From an uncultured Gammaproteobacteria bacterium (GTDB taxonomy: Bacteria > Patescibacteriota > Microgenomatia > Levybacterales > UBA12049), in the NCBI GenBank assembly GCA_964408485.1, contig CAYOZJ010000002.1, positions 69,235-133,234 of the forward strand: a stretch of DNA of 64,000 nucleotides. The letters are read 5' to 3'. Positions 45,355-53,930 of this stretch are shown piece by piece (position 1 is the stretch's first letter; every line of letters starts with the position of its first letter). The position numbers were made by a program, and so were the translations under genes. Below the pieces are notes generated by a model. That model was not told where the DNA came from and ran no database searches. It worked only from the letters and a program-made list of their open reading frames with translations.

Positions 45355-46407
45355 ATGTATACCCCAACCTACACAATAAGCAATACAATCCTTCGTAATA
45401 TTGGTCTTATTGAGGCTGCAAAACAGGTAATTGATAGCGCTCCACTTCTTCCGTACTATGAAAAGAAATTTCGCGACGATGCTATGGTAAGAGCTGTCCA
45501 TTATGGCACGCATATTGAAGGAAACGAACTGTCACTCAATCAGGCAGAAAAAGTTTTGTCTGGTCAGATTGTTGACGCACGCGACCGAGATATTCAAGAG
45601 GTCTTAAATTATCGAAAGGTTATGGAGATGATCGGTTCATCGGAAATCGGGAATCGGGAATCGGGAATTGACGAAGAACTTATTTTTAAACTCCATAAGC
45701 TTACAGTCACTAAAGTTTTACCCGAAGAGCAGTCTGGTAATTATCGAAAAACAAAGGTAGTTATTCGCAATAGCCGCAGTGCAGAAGTAGTATTTACGCC
45801 GCCTTCTCCTGAGGAAGTAGCTGGACAAATGAGTGATTTTATTGCATTTATACAAACTCAGTCAGGTCAAGATATTCATCCAATATTGAAATCTGGAATT
45901 GTTCATTATGAATTCGTGAGAATTCATCCGTTTGTCGATGGAAATGGTCGGGTAGCACGGGCACTCTCGACTCTTATTCTTTTTTTGGAAGGGTATGACA
46001 TTCGACAGTTTTTCTCTTTGGAAGAATACTTTGATAAAGATGCTCTCAGCTATTACGAGGCACTGCAAAGTGTTGGGAAAAATAATGGAGACGTGACAAA
46101 TTGGCTTGAGTATTTTACTCATGGTCTTGCCTATGAGTTGGGAAGAATCCGGGAAAGAGTAGAGCATGTATCTGTAGATAATAGGCTTAAGCAGCGACTT
46201 GGTGGCAAGCCAATGATGCTGACAGACAGGCAGTTGAGGATTGTTGAATATATTCAAGAAACAGGTTTTCTGCAAAATCAAGCATTTAAAGAATTATTTC
46301 CAATGATTTCTGAAGACGCAGTGCTTTTGGATTTAAAAGAACTAGTTAAAGCTGGTCTTATTAAGAAATCAGGTGTCACTAAGGGCGCAAGGTATGTGAT
46401 GAGCTAA
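45355..46407 (+). CDS. Fic family protein (AMPylase-type) with C-terminal wHTH
   Basis: Fic motif HPFVDGNGRVARAL. Contains inserted IGNRESGI repeats from GAATCGG heptamers. Confidence 0.85.
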   Translation: MYTPTYTISNTILRNIGLIEAAKQVIDSAPLLPYYEKKFRDDAMVRAVHYGTHIEGNELSLNQAEKVLSGQIVDARDRDIQEVLNYRKVMEMIGSSEIGNRESGIDEELIFKLHKLTVTKVLPEEQSGNYRKTKVVIRNSRSAEVVFTPPSPEEVAGQMSDFIAFIQTQSGQDIHPILKSGIVHYEFVRIHPFVDGNGRVARALSTLILFLEGYDIRQFFSLEEYFDKDALSYYEALQSVGKNNGDVTNWLEYFTHGLAYELGRIRERVEHVSVDNRLKQRLGGKPMMLTDRQLRIVEYIQETGFLQNQAFKELFPMISEDAVLLDLKELVKAGLIKKSGVTKGARYVMS

Positions 46408-46450
46408 ATAATATTTGAGTTTTTAGCATTTTAGGTATAAACTTTTCGTT

Positions 46451-47302
46451 ATGACAAATGGACCAGTACCCGAAGCAAATAGAGGAAAAGAGGCTGCAAG
46501 AAGCTCAACAAGAATTCATTTTGGTTTCCAAGGAGAGCAGACTCCATTTGCAGATCCTCGAATAAATGCACATCAATTAAGAATACTTGGTAATGGAGTA
46601 ACAGGATTCATGAATAAATGTGTCCAAGATGGGATTACAACTGCAGTCTTTTTTGACACAAAGTCCCGTCCAGCTGCCCTTATTTTTAGAGATGTCTGGA
46701 GAAAGACATTGGGAAAACAAGGAATTCCCATGCCAAAAATACGCTTTGTTAATAATGGGAGAAGGGAAATGGATCCTGATGGAGATGCAGCAAATGCTGC
46801 AAGAGTAAAAGAAGCTCCACAAGTACTACCTAAGCGATTTGGAACATTAGCAGACGAACGTGTTTGCCTTGTCGATGACACTTCTGTTTCAGGACAAACA
46901 ATGCGAAATGGTAAGGCAGCATTTGATGCGGCATTTCCTCAAGCTGAGCAGATTTCGCAGCACATCCTCTTTACAGGACTGCCATTTTGGGATTCTAATG
47001 GAACAAATGATCCTGACTCTCTTGGAGTTGGAAGACTATTTCATGCCTCTTATGAAGAGGGCAAACCAAGCGTGAGTGATTGGACAGCAGCATCCTTTCT
47101 TAAACGTCTTGATCAGGCTCGGAAGAACACAATACCAGAAGATACATATGTTGAAGGAGACCCAACAGGTCCCATTAGTGCTCAGCAACATCGTGAGCTT
47201 CGTGCGGCAACTCTACAGCGTATGAGAGCGCTGAGAAGTCAGTTGCACGATGTATCAGATGTAATTGTTGCAAATTCTCAAATAATTACACCCCATAAGT
47301 GA
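46451..47302 (+). CDS. phosphoribosyltransferase (type I PRTase)-like domain protein
   Basis: RVCLVDDTSVSGQTM matches the PRPP-binding motif. The rest of the protein is unrecognised. Confidence 0.45.
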   Translation: MTNGPVPEANRGKEAARSSTRIHFGFQGEQTPFADPRINAHQLRILGNGVTGFMNKCVQDGITTAVFFDTKSRPAALIFRDVWRKTLGKQGIPMPKIRFVNNGRREMDPDGDAANAARVKEAPQVLPKRFGTLADERVCLVDDTSVSGQTMRNGKAAFDAAFPQAEQISQHILFTGLPFWDSNGTNDPDSLGVGRLFHASYEEGKPSVSDWTAASFLKRLDQARKNTIPEDTYVEGDPTGPISAQQHRELRAATLQRMRALRSQLHDVSDVIVANSQIITPHK

Positions 47303-47424
47303 GTGTGCTCTAATGAAAAGACACAGCAAATGTGCTAGGATTGGTCTATGACTTTTACTCATTTAGCTTCATTTCTTCATGTAATTAATAGACAAAAATG
47401 GGACAGTAAGGTATACTATAAGTT

Positions 47425-47703
47425 ATGAATACAGATAGATGTAGTTATGGAGGTAGAGCATGCGGACGTGATGGAATTCGTTGTGTTCTTCGCGAAGGAG
47501 TGAAGAGCCAAGGGAAAATGGGGGCTCCAGATGCAAACGACCCAACAGTTGGGGGGCCAAACTGGCCTTCAGAAACATGGGATACCTATACCCGTGATGT
47601 TCAGCAACAGGCAGATACGAGAGGGTGTCGAAAACCAGATGGCGTAAGACGAACAATACAAAGAGTTACGAGTGCAAAAAAGAAGCGAGGAGAGTTTAAA
47701 TAG
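47425..47703 (+). CDS. small hypothetical protein
   Basis: 92 aa, Gly/Arg-rich. Confidence 0.3.
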   Translation: MNTDRCSYGGRACGRDGIRCVLREGVKSQGKMGAPDANDPTVGGPNWPSETWDTYTRDVQQQADTRGCRKPDGVRRTIQRVTSAKKKRGEFK

Positions 47704-47730
47704 AATTTCTTTTCATGATATACTCGTGTT

Positions 47731-49521
47731 ATGACCTTTGCGAAATTAGCCTCGTATTTTGAAAAATTAGAAGCAACTTCCTCCCGTTTAGAGCTTATCC
47801 GTATTCTCTCAGAACTCTTCAAAGAAATAAAAACTCCAGATGAAATAGAAAAGGTATGTTATTTGGTTCAGGGTCGTATTGCGCCATTTTTTGAAGCAAC
47901 AGAAATCGGAATGGCAGAACGGACTGTGGCACAGTCCGTTGCTACAGCATTTAATGTCGAAAAAGAGAAAGTCTTAAAAGAATATAGTAAGCGTGGAGAT
48001 TTAGGGTTGGTTACGTATGAGCTTGCGCAAGAAGTAAGAAGTAAGAATTATGAATCAAGAATAACCATAGATGAGGTGTTTGAAACTTTAATAAAAATAG
48101 CAAAGACTAGTGGGGAAGGAACTGTTGAAAAACGACTAACATTATTAACAGATCTTTTGCAAAAAGTAGACGCACTTTCAGCAAAGTTTCTTGTACGCAT
48201 TCCACTAGGTAATCTTCGTTTGGGAATTGGTGACCCAACTGTTTTAGATGCACTCGCGACAGTAAAATTGGGAGATAAAACCCAGCGACATTATTTAGAA
48301 GATGCATACAATAGGACATCTGACTTAGGACTTATTGCAAAAACTCTTTGGTCAGAAAAAAGCGCAATGAAAGCATTGGGTGCAGTCGAAAAATTAGAAG
48401 TAACAGTTGGTAAGCCAATTCGAAGCGAATTGTGCGAGCGTCTTCCTAGTCCTGAAAAAACAATAGAAAAAATGGGGACAGTGGATTCACAGTTTAAATA
48501 CGATGGATTTCGCGTACAAATTCATAAAAATGGAAATGAAATCTCGCTTTTTTCTCGTAATTTAGAAAATATGACCCATATGTTTCCAGAGCTTATAGAG
48601 GGAGCCAAGAGACAAATTAAAGCGCGTAGCGCAATTCTGGATAGCGAAGCATTAGCATACATACCTGAGTCTGAAGAATTTTTGCCTTTCCAGGAGACAA
48701 CAAAACGAAGACGTAAGCATAATATAGAAGAAACAATGGCCAAGCTTCCACTTAAGTCATTTGTTTTTGACATTTTGTATAAAGATGGCAAGTCACTTAT
48801 TGGCGAACCTTTAGAAAAGCGTTTGGAGATTTTGTCAAAAACCCTTCGGCCAGCTCAGGGCAAGCAGTTTAACGATAGTGTTCTTTTTCCAGCAGATACT
48901 AAAAAGATTTCTGATGCAAAGGTGTTATCTCTTATGCTTGATGACGCAATTTCTAAAGGCTTAGAGGGAATAGTAGTAAAGAAATTGAATAGTCTTTACG
49001 AAGCAGGCGCGCGCAATTTTAACTGGGTAAAGCTAAAGCGTAACCAGTCTGGTGAGTTAACAGATACGGTTGACTGTGTGATTTTAGGATACATTTTTGG
49101 CAAAGGAAAGCGAACAGCATTTGGCGCAGGAGCATTATTGGTTGGTGTGTATGATAAAGCATCAGATAGCTTTGTAACAGTAAGTAAGATTGGAACAGGA
49201 TTAACTGATGAGGAGTGGAAAAGTATTAAGGAAAGGACAAAAGGATTAGAACTTTCTCATAAGCCAGCTCGGGTGAGCTCTATTATAGAACCAAGTGTTT
49301 GGGTAAAGCCTGAGATTGTTATAGAGGTCTTGGCAGATGAGATTACAAGAAGTCCTATTCATACAGCAGGAGCTACTTTGGAGAACGGAAAAGTCGTTGA
49401 GCCAGGATATGCTCTCAGATTTCCACGGTTAGTTAACTTTCGGGATAAAGATAAAAAATCAGAAGATGCAACGGATGTGAAAGAGTTGATTGAAATGTAT
49501 AAGAGTCAAGGAAAGAAGTAG
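47731..49521 (+). CDS. ATP-dependent DNA ligase
   Basis: Adenylation motif KYDGFRVQIH (KxDG), OB domain. Inserted heptamer-derived QEVRSKNYESRI. Confidence 0.85.
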   Translation: MTFAKLASYFEKLEATSSRLELIRILSELFKEIKTPDEIEKVCYLVQGRIAPFFEATEIGMAERTVAQSVATAFNVEKEKVLKEYSKRGDLGLVTYELAQEVRSKNYESRITIDEVFETLIKIAKTSGEGTVEKRLTLLTDLLQKVDALSAKFLVRIPLGNLRLGIGDPTVLDALATVKLGDKTQRHYLEDAYNRTSDLGLIAKTLWSEKSAMKALGAVEKLEVTVGKPIRSELCERLPSPEKTIEKMGTVDSQFKYDGFRVQIHKNGNEISLFSRNLENMTHMFPELIEGAKRQIKARSAILDSEALAYIPESEEFLPFQETTKRRRKHNIEETMAKLPLKSFVFDILYKDGKSLIGEPLEKRLEILSKTLRPAQGKQFNDSVLFPADTKKISDAKVLSLMLDDAISKGLEGIVVKKLNSLYEAGARNFNWVKLKRNQSGELTDTVDCVILGYIFGKGKRTAFGAGALLVGVYDKASDSFVTVSKIGTGLTDEEWKSIKERTKGLELSHKPARVSSIIEPSVWVKPEIVIEVLADEITRSPIHTAGATLENGKVVEPGYALRFPRLVNFRDKDKKSEDATDVKELIEMYKSQGKK

Positions 49522-49541
49522 ATTTGTAATCTATAGTATAT

Positions 49542-49819
49542 TCTTGCTTATGGTTGATAGGAAATGCGGATTAGATACTACCAAGGATTGCAAAGATTGT
49601 GGGGGACAGTTTGGTGCAGATAGATTGAGAGAGTTACGCGAACGAGAAAAAGATCTTCAAATAGACACAGAAGTTGATACTGATAGTAAAAGAAAAACCA
49701 TAGCAGATATAGGGAGAAGAAAAAGAATGGTTAACGAATGGCTTAGAAATGGGCGATGTCGTGTTGCTACAGGACATATTGCTGATCTCCTTAAAACCTT
49801 AGAAAAACCACAAGTATGA
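49542..49819 (+). CDS. small Cys-containing hypothetical protein
   Basis: MVDRKCGLDTTKDCKDCGG...RNGRCRVATGH. The track ORF 49490..49819 overlaps the ligase end, so ATG 49542 is preferred. Confidence 0.3.
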
Positions 49820-49874
49820 TATGTATCACGATTTTTCTTTCGCTCAATTAATTAGTCTATGTTAGAATAACTTC

Positions 49875-51374
49875 ATGGTTGATGTTGTTGCAGATTTACA
49901 TCTGCATTCTCGTTTCTCCAGAGCGGTTAGTCCTCAAATGACTCCTCCCACAATGGCACAATTTGGAGACCAGAAAGGGATAGATCTTTTGGCAACAGGA
50001 GACTGGACACATCCGGTATGGTTTCGGGAAATCAGCAACTTTCTCACAGAAGCAGAAGAAGGACTGTATAAAATCAAGAATCCAACTCCCCAAAATGAAA
50101 AGACACGATTTCTTCTTTCTGTAGAAATTGCCTCTATTTATTCCCAAGGAGGGAAGGGAAGAAGGATTCACAACTTAGTATTTGTTCCATCCTTCGAAGT
50201 GGCAGCAAAAGTAAATAAAGAGCTGATAAAACGCGGATTTAATTTATCTTCTGACGGGAGGCCAATCATAGGATTTTCCTCAAAGAATTTACTTTCACTT
50301 CTCCTTGAAGTAGATGAGCGGTGTCTTCTTATTCCCGCTCATGTCTGGACGCCATGGTTTGGCATTTACGGACAGATGTCTGGGTTTCAAAGTCTTGCGG
50401 AAGCATTTGAAGAATTAGCACCAAAGATTTATGGAATAGAGACAGGTCTTTCAAGTGATCCGGAGATGAATTGGCAAGTTGATGAGCTAAAGACAAGGTC
50501 AATTCTTAGCTTTTCTGATGCACATTCTCCTGCGAAAATGGGGCGAGAAGCAACGGTTTTTCGCTTGGACAGCTTGTCTTATGAGAATATTCGTCAAGCA
50601 ATAATGGCGCCAAGCCTTCGTTCCGTCATTGCGAGCAAAGCGAAGCAATCTAATATAAATAAGGAGAAGATTGCCACGTCGCAAGCTCCTCGCAATGACA
50701 ATGTTAATAAAGTACTCTACACCATAGAATTTTATCCAGAAGAGGGGAAGTACCATTATTCAGGCCATAGAAATTGCGGAATTACCATGACGCCACAAGA
50801 GCAAGCAGCAGCGCATAATATTTGTCCTGTATGTAAAAGGTCTCTTACCGATGGGGTTATGAGACGTGTTCAGGAACTCGTAGAAAAGGACCCTTCGGCA
50901 TCGGTTCGGCAAGCTCACGACGAGGGCTCAGGGCAAGGTCCCTTTGGAAGTCATACGCCTAATAAAAGTGGCCTTGTCTGGATAACAGACCCTAAAGAAA
51001 ATCGTCCACCATTTGTCAAAATAGTACCGCTCCAGGAAATAATTAGTGAGGCAATTGGGAGTCCTTTTGCAAGCCCGAAGGTAAAAGTAATCTTCGATAT
51101 GCTCTGTAAAGACGGACTCTCTGAATTTAATGTACTCCTTAAATTGCCCTTACCAGATATTGAGCGAATAAGTCTTAGTATTACTTCAAAAGAATTTGCT
51201 GAAAAAATTACTGATGGAATAAAGAAAGTACGTGCAGAGCAAATTGTGATTAAGCCAGGATACGACGGTGTATTTGGGGTAGTAAAGATTTGGAGTGATG
51301 AGAATGACAGTGAAAACCCTTCGACTTCGCTCAGGGAAAAAGATACTGAAGAGCAGATTGGATTAGAGTTTTAG
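49875..51374 (+). CDS. Endonuclease Q (EndoQ)-like PHP-domain nuclease with zinc finger
   Basis: DLHLHSRFSRAVSPQMT PHP N-terminus, LIPAHVWTPWFGIYG, SFSDAHSPAKMGREAT, KYHYSGHRNCGI and CPVCKRSL zinc finger, RPPFVKIVPLQEII. All are collinear with archaeal EndoQ as I recall it. Confidence 0.7.
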   Translation: MVDVVADLHLHSRFSRAVSPQMTPPTMAQFGDQKGIDLLATGDWTHPVWFREISNFLTEAEEGLYKIKNPTPQNEKTRFLLSVEIASIYSQGGKGRRIHNLVFVPSFEVAAKVNKELIKRGFNLSSDGRPIIGFSSKNLLSLLLEVDERCLLIPAHVWTPWFGIYGQMSGFQSLAEAFEELAPKIYGIETGLSSDPEMNWQVDELKTRSILSFSDAHSPAKMGREATVFRLDSLSYENIRQAIMAPSLRSVIASKAKQSNINKEKIATSQAPRNDNVNKVLYTIEFYPEEGKYHYSGHRNCGITMTPQEQAAAHNICPVCKRSLTDGVMRRVQELVEKDPSASVRQAHDEGSGQGPFGSHTPNKSGLVWITDPKENRPPFVKIVPLQEIISEAIGSPFASPKVKVIFDMLCKDGLSEFNVLLKLPLPDIERISLSITSKEFAEKITDGIKKVRAEQIVIKPGYDGVFGVVKIWSDENDSENPSTSLREKDTEEQIGLEF

Positions 51375-51512
51375 GCTTCTTGACTTTTGATTGCAAATTT
51401 CTCCATACTAAATATGTAGTAAGTATTAGGTATTACGTATTAAGTATATTAAGGAACTTTATTTATACATACTACTTACTACTTAATACAAAACGGGAGG
51501 GGGGTGAAATAT

Positions 51513-51950
51513 ATGGCACAAAGTAAAAATTGGCAAGATATGATGGAAGAATGGTTTGGCAAATTGCCAATGCTTCCAAAAGGAGGACGGGATGTCTTGG
51601 TAAAAGTTGCTCCATGGGTCGCATTAATTTTTGGAGTCTTAGGTGTTTTGGTTGGCCTTGGAGGACTTGGTTTGTTATCAGTTTTGTCTCCAATGATGCT
51701 TCTTGGATCTGGAATGAGTAATACAGCAGGATCACTTTTGAGTGTTGCTGTTTCTTTAGTAAGTTCAGTATTATTACTGCTTGCTTTCCCAGGTCTTAAA
51801 AAGCGAAAGATGCAAGGATGGAACATGCTTTTCTGGAGTGAAGTTGCAGCATTTGTTTCGTCGTTAGTTGCATTATCTATCGTTGGCGGCGTAATAGGCG
51901 CAGCTATTGGATTTTATCTGTTATATCAGATTAAGAGTTATTACAAGTGA
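51513..51950 (+). CDS. small polytopic membrane protein
   Basis: SD GGGAGGGGGGTGAAATATATG. Gly/Leu-rich TM helices. Confidence 0.5.
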   Translation: MAQSKNWQDMMEEWFGKLPMLPKGGRDVLVKVAPWVALIFGVLGVLVGLGGLGLLSVLSPMMLLGSGMSNTAGSLLSVAVSLVSSVLLLLAFPGLKKRKMQGWNMLFWSEVAAFVSSLVALSIVGGVIGAAIGFYLLYQIKSYYK

Positions 51951-52002
51951 TTTGTTTATAAACAAATAAAAAAAGGATACGGTGAAAACCTGTGTCCTTT
52001 TT

Positions 52003-52235
52003 TGTCATTTCGAACAAAGCGAGAAATCTCATTCAAGTATTTTTCTTCTTCTGTACTTTTGTGCCGACAAAAGATACCAAAAACTCTCGCCAAGGTCTTG
52101 TTCGAGCTTTCAAAAAAGAGCTCCAAAGCTAAAAGTACGCAGTTCGCTTTCACTTTCTTTACGCTTTTATGCCCTTTTTCTTATGCACTCACTGCAAATT
52201 GGCGAATAAGAACCATTTACATGAGGAGTATAATA
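52003..52235 (+). repeat. ~200-bp dispersed repeat copy A (upstream of pth)
   Basis: Near-identical core to 63530..63745 (..CTCTCGCCA.G..CTTGTT..AGCTTTCAAAAAAGAGCT.CAAAGCTAAAAGTACGCAGTTCGCTTTCACTTTCTT.ACGCTTTT..). Confidence 0.7.
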
Positions 52236-52241
52236 AGACAT

Positions 52242-52856
52242 ATGAAATTAATAGTGGGACTCGGTAATCCAGGCGAAAAGTATGAGAAAACAAGACATAA
52301 CATAGGATTTATGGCATTGGATAGTTTCCTCAAAGATTTTGAGTCTACAAAAGATACGGTTTGGACAGATAGTAAAAAATTCAAATCAGATATTGCAGAA
52401 ATTGCGTGGCAACGACAAACTGATGGTGACAAATCTCATGACCCTGAAAAAGTTATTTTAGCCAAGCCTAAAACATATATGAATGATTCAGGTCTAGCTG
52501 TTAAATTACTGATAGATTTTTACAAGGTACAGCCAGAAGATCTGTGGATACTGCATGACGATGTGGATTTTCCTGCAGGATCTATGCGAATTCGATTAGG
52601 AGGAGCATCAGCAGGGCACAGAGGGATCATGTCTATTATTGAGCATTTGGGTACAGACCAATTTTATCGCTTTCGCTTAGGCATTGGGAGGCCGGGGGAA
52701 AGTGAACACAGTGGAGTAAGTCATTATGTACTGGATACCTTTAACCATGAAGACCACAGTAATGTAAGGGAACTTCTTAAGCGGACAAGCAAGGCTATTG
52801 AGCTAGGACTAGAAAAAGATTTAACCGCTGCAATGAACAAATATAACTCCAAATAG
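52242..52856 (+). CDS. pth: peptidyl-tRNA hydrolase
   Basis: MKLIVGLGNPGEKYEKTRHNIGF N-terminus. The track ORF extends upstream through the repeat, so 52242 is preferred. Confidence 0.85.
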   Translation: MKLIVGLGNPGEKYEKTRHNIGFMALDSFLKDFESTKDTVWTDSKKFKSDIAEIAWQRQTDGDKSHDPEKVILAKPKTYMNDSGLAVKLLIDFYKVQPEDLWILHDDVDFPAGSMRIRLGGASAGHRGIMSIIEHLGTDQFYRFRLGIGRPGESEHSGVSHYVLDTFNHEDHSNVRELLKRTSKAIELGLEKDLTAAMNKYNSK

Positions 52857-53002
52857 GCTTTGTCCTTTCAGGACACCAGGAAAGACGGCACGTATATGTT
52901 TTTGCCTCCGCTCAAACTATGTAATAAGTTCCTTACGGAATTACAGTAAGCCTATCAGGATTCAGTCAAGCAGGAAAGAAAAAAGACGATATAATACTCC
53001 TT

Positions 53003-53527
53003 ATGGTAGAAGGTAGAACACGATATCAACGAGTCCGAACATCTAAGGCAACCCTTCCTGAGTTACTTGCCGATCCAGATGCAAGAGTAGTTGTAGTTAC
53101 GGAAAAATCTGGTGTTTCTGAGCGTCAACGACATACAAAAGCAAGTCTTGTTACTGGAAGAGAGCTTGATGCATATGACGTTGCTGGTGGGCAAGAAGGC
53201 GCTTCGTTAGTAGTTGCGAAGCGACGTAGAGGGCCACGAATAAACTCGGATGGAAACGTTGGTCTTGCAAGAAGGAGTTACTATGATGACATGGATGTTC
53301 AGGGATTGAATACTTCCAATGTAGACCTAACAGATCCTAAAGCAACGCTTTCTGTAGGATGGGGTCAAAATAGAAAAGAAACAGGGGCAGTGGTAGGGAT
53401 ATTTGTGAAAAACGTATTAGAAGATGAAGACGATTATCAGTCGAGTTGGCGAGAGAGAAGGGCAAGGGTTGAGAGTGACAGTAAATGGATGCTACATGGT
53501 CTTGGTATGGGAACATGGGATAGCTAA
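53003..53527 (+). CDS. hypothetical protein (dispersed small-protein family candidate)
   Basis: 174 aa, Arg/Gly/Asp-rich. N-terminal EGRTRYQRVRTS...ARVVVV. Confidence 0.4.
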   Translation: MVEGRTRYQRVRTSKATLPELLADPDARVVVVTEKSGVSERQRHTKASLVTGRELDAYDVAGGQEGASLVVAKRRRGPRINSDGNVGLARRSYYDDMDVQGLNTSNVDLTDPKATLSVGWGQNRKETGAVVGIFVKNVLEDEDDYQSSWRERRARVESDSKWMLHGLGMGTWDS

Positions 53528-53577
53528 TTTTTCCTCCAAGGGTCTTTAGTTATTGTTTGTCTGCTATACTATCCTCA

Positions 53578-53858
53578 TGCAATCCATCAAGCAGGTTTTA
53601 GATAAATTCAATCCCACAACAGATAAATATATTTCCCGTGAATTTCAGAGCTTTGGCGTCCATTTAGCAGAGGCGCTTGATGACATGAAACATAAGTCAC
53701 TCTATATAAAAATGGCCAAAACAATTCATAGATCTATTCTTGAAAAAGCGCTTTCATTTTGTGTTGATAGTAATGCCAAAAGCAAAGGCGCTCTTTTTAT
53801 GTGGAAAGTGACACAATTACGCAAAGATTATAGCGCGAAGCTCAAAGAACAAAAGTAA
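53578..53858 (+). CDS. hypothetical small helical protein
   Basis: MQSIKQVLDKF... The track start 53553 is a TTG. Confidence 0.35.
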
Positions 53859-53930
53859 TTGGGTCATCCTGGCTTGTCCAGGATCTAGATTCTGGATGCG
53901 CTTTGCTTACCAGAATGACAGGAGAATTTT

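Noticed and set aside
52002-52241. N-terminal 80-aa extension of Pth proposed by the ORF track (52002..52856).
   Set aside because: The extension is a translation of the ~200-bp dispersed repeat also present at 63530..63745. The conserved Pth N-terminus MKLIVGLGNPG begins at 52242.
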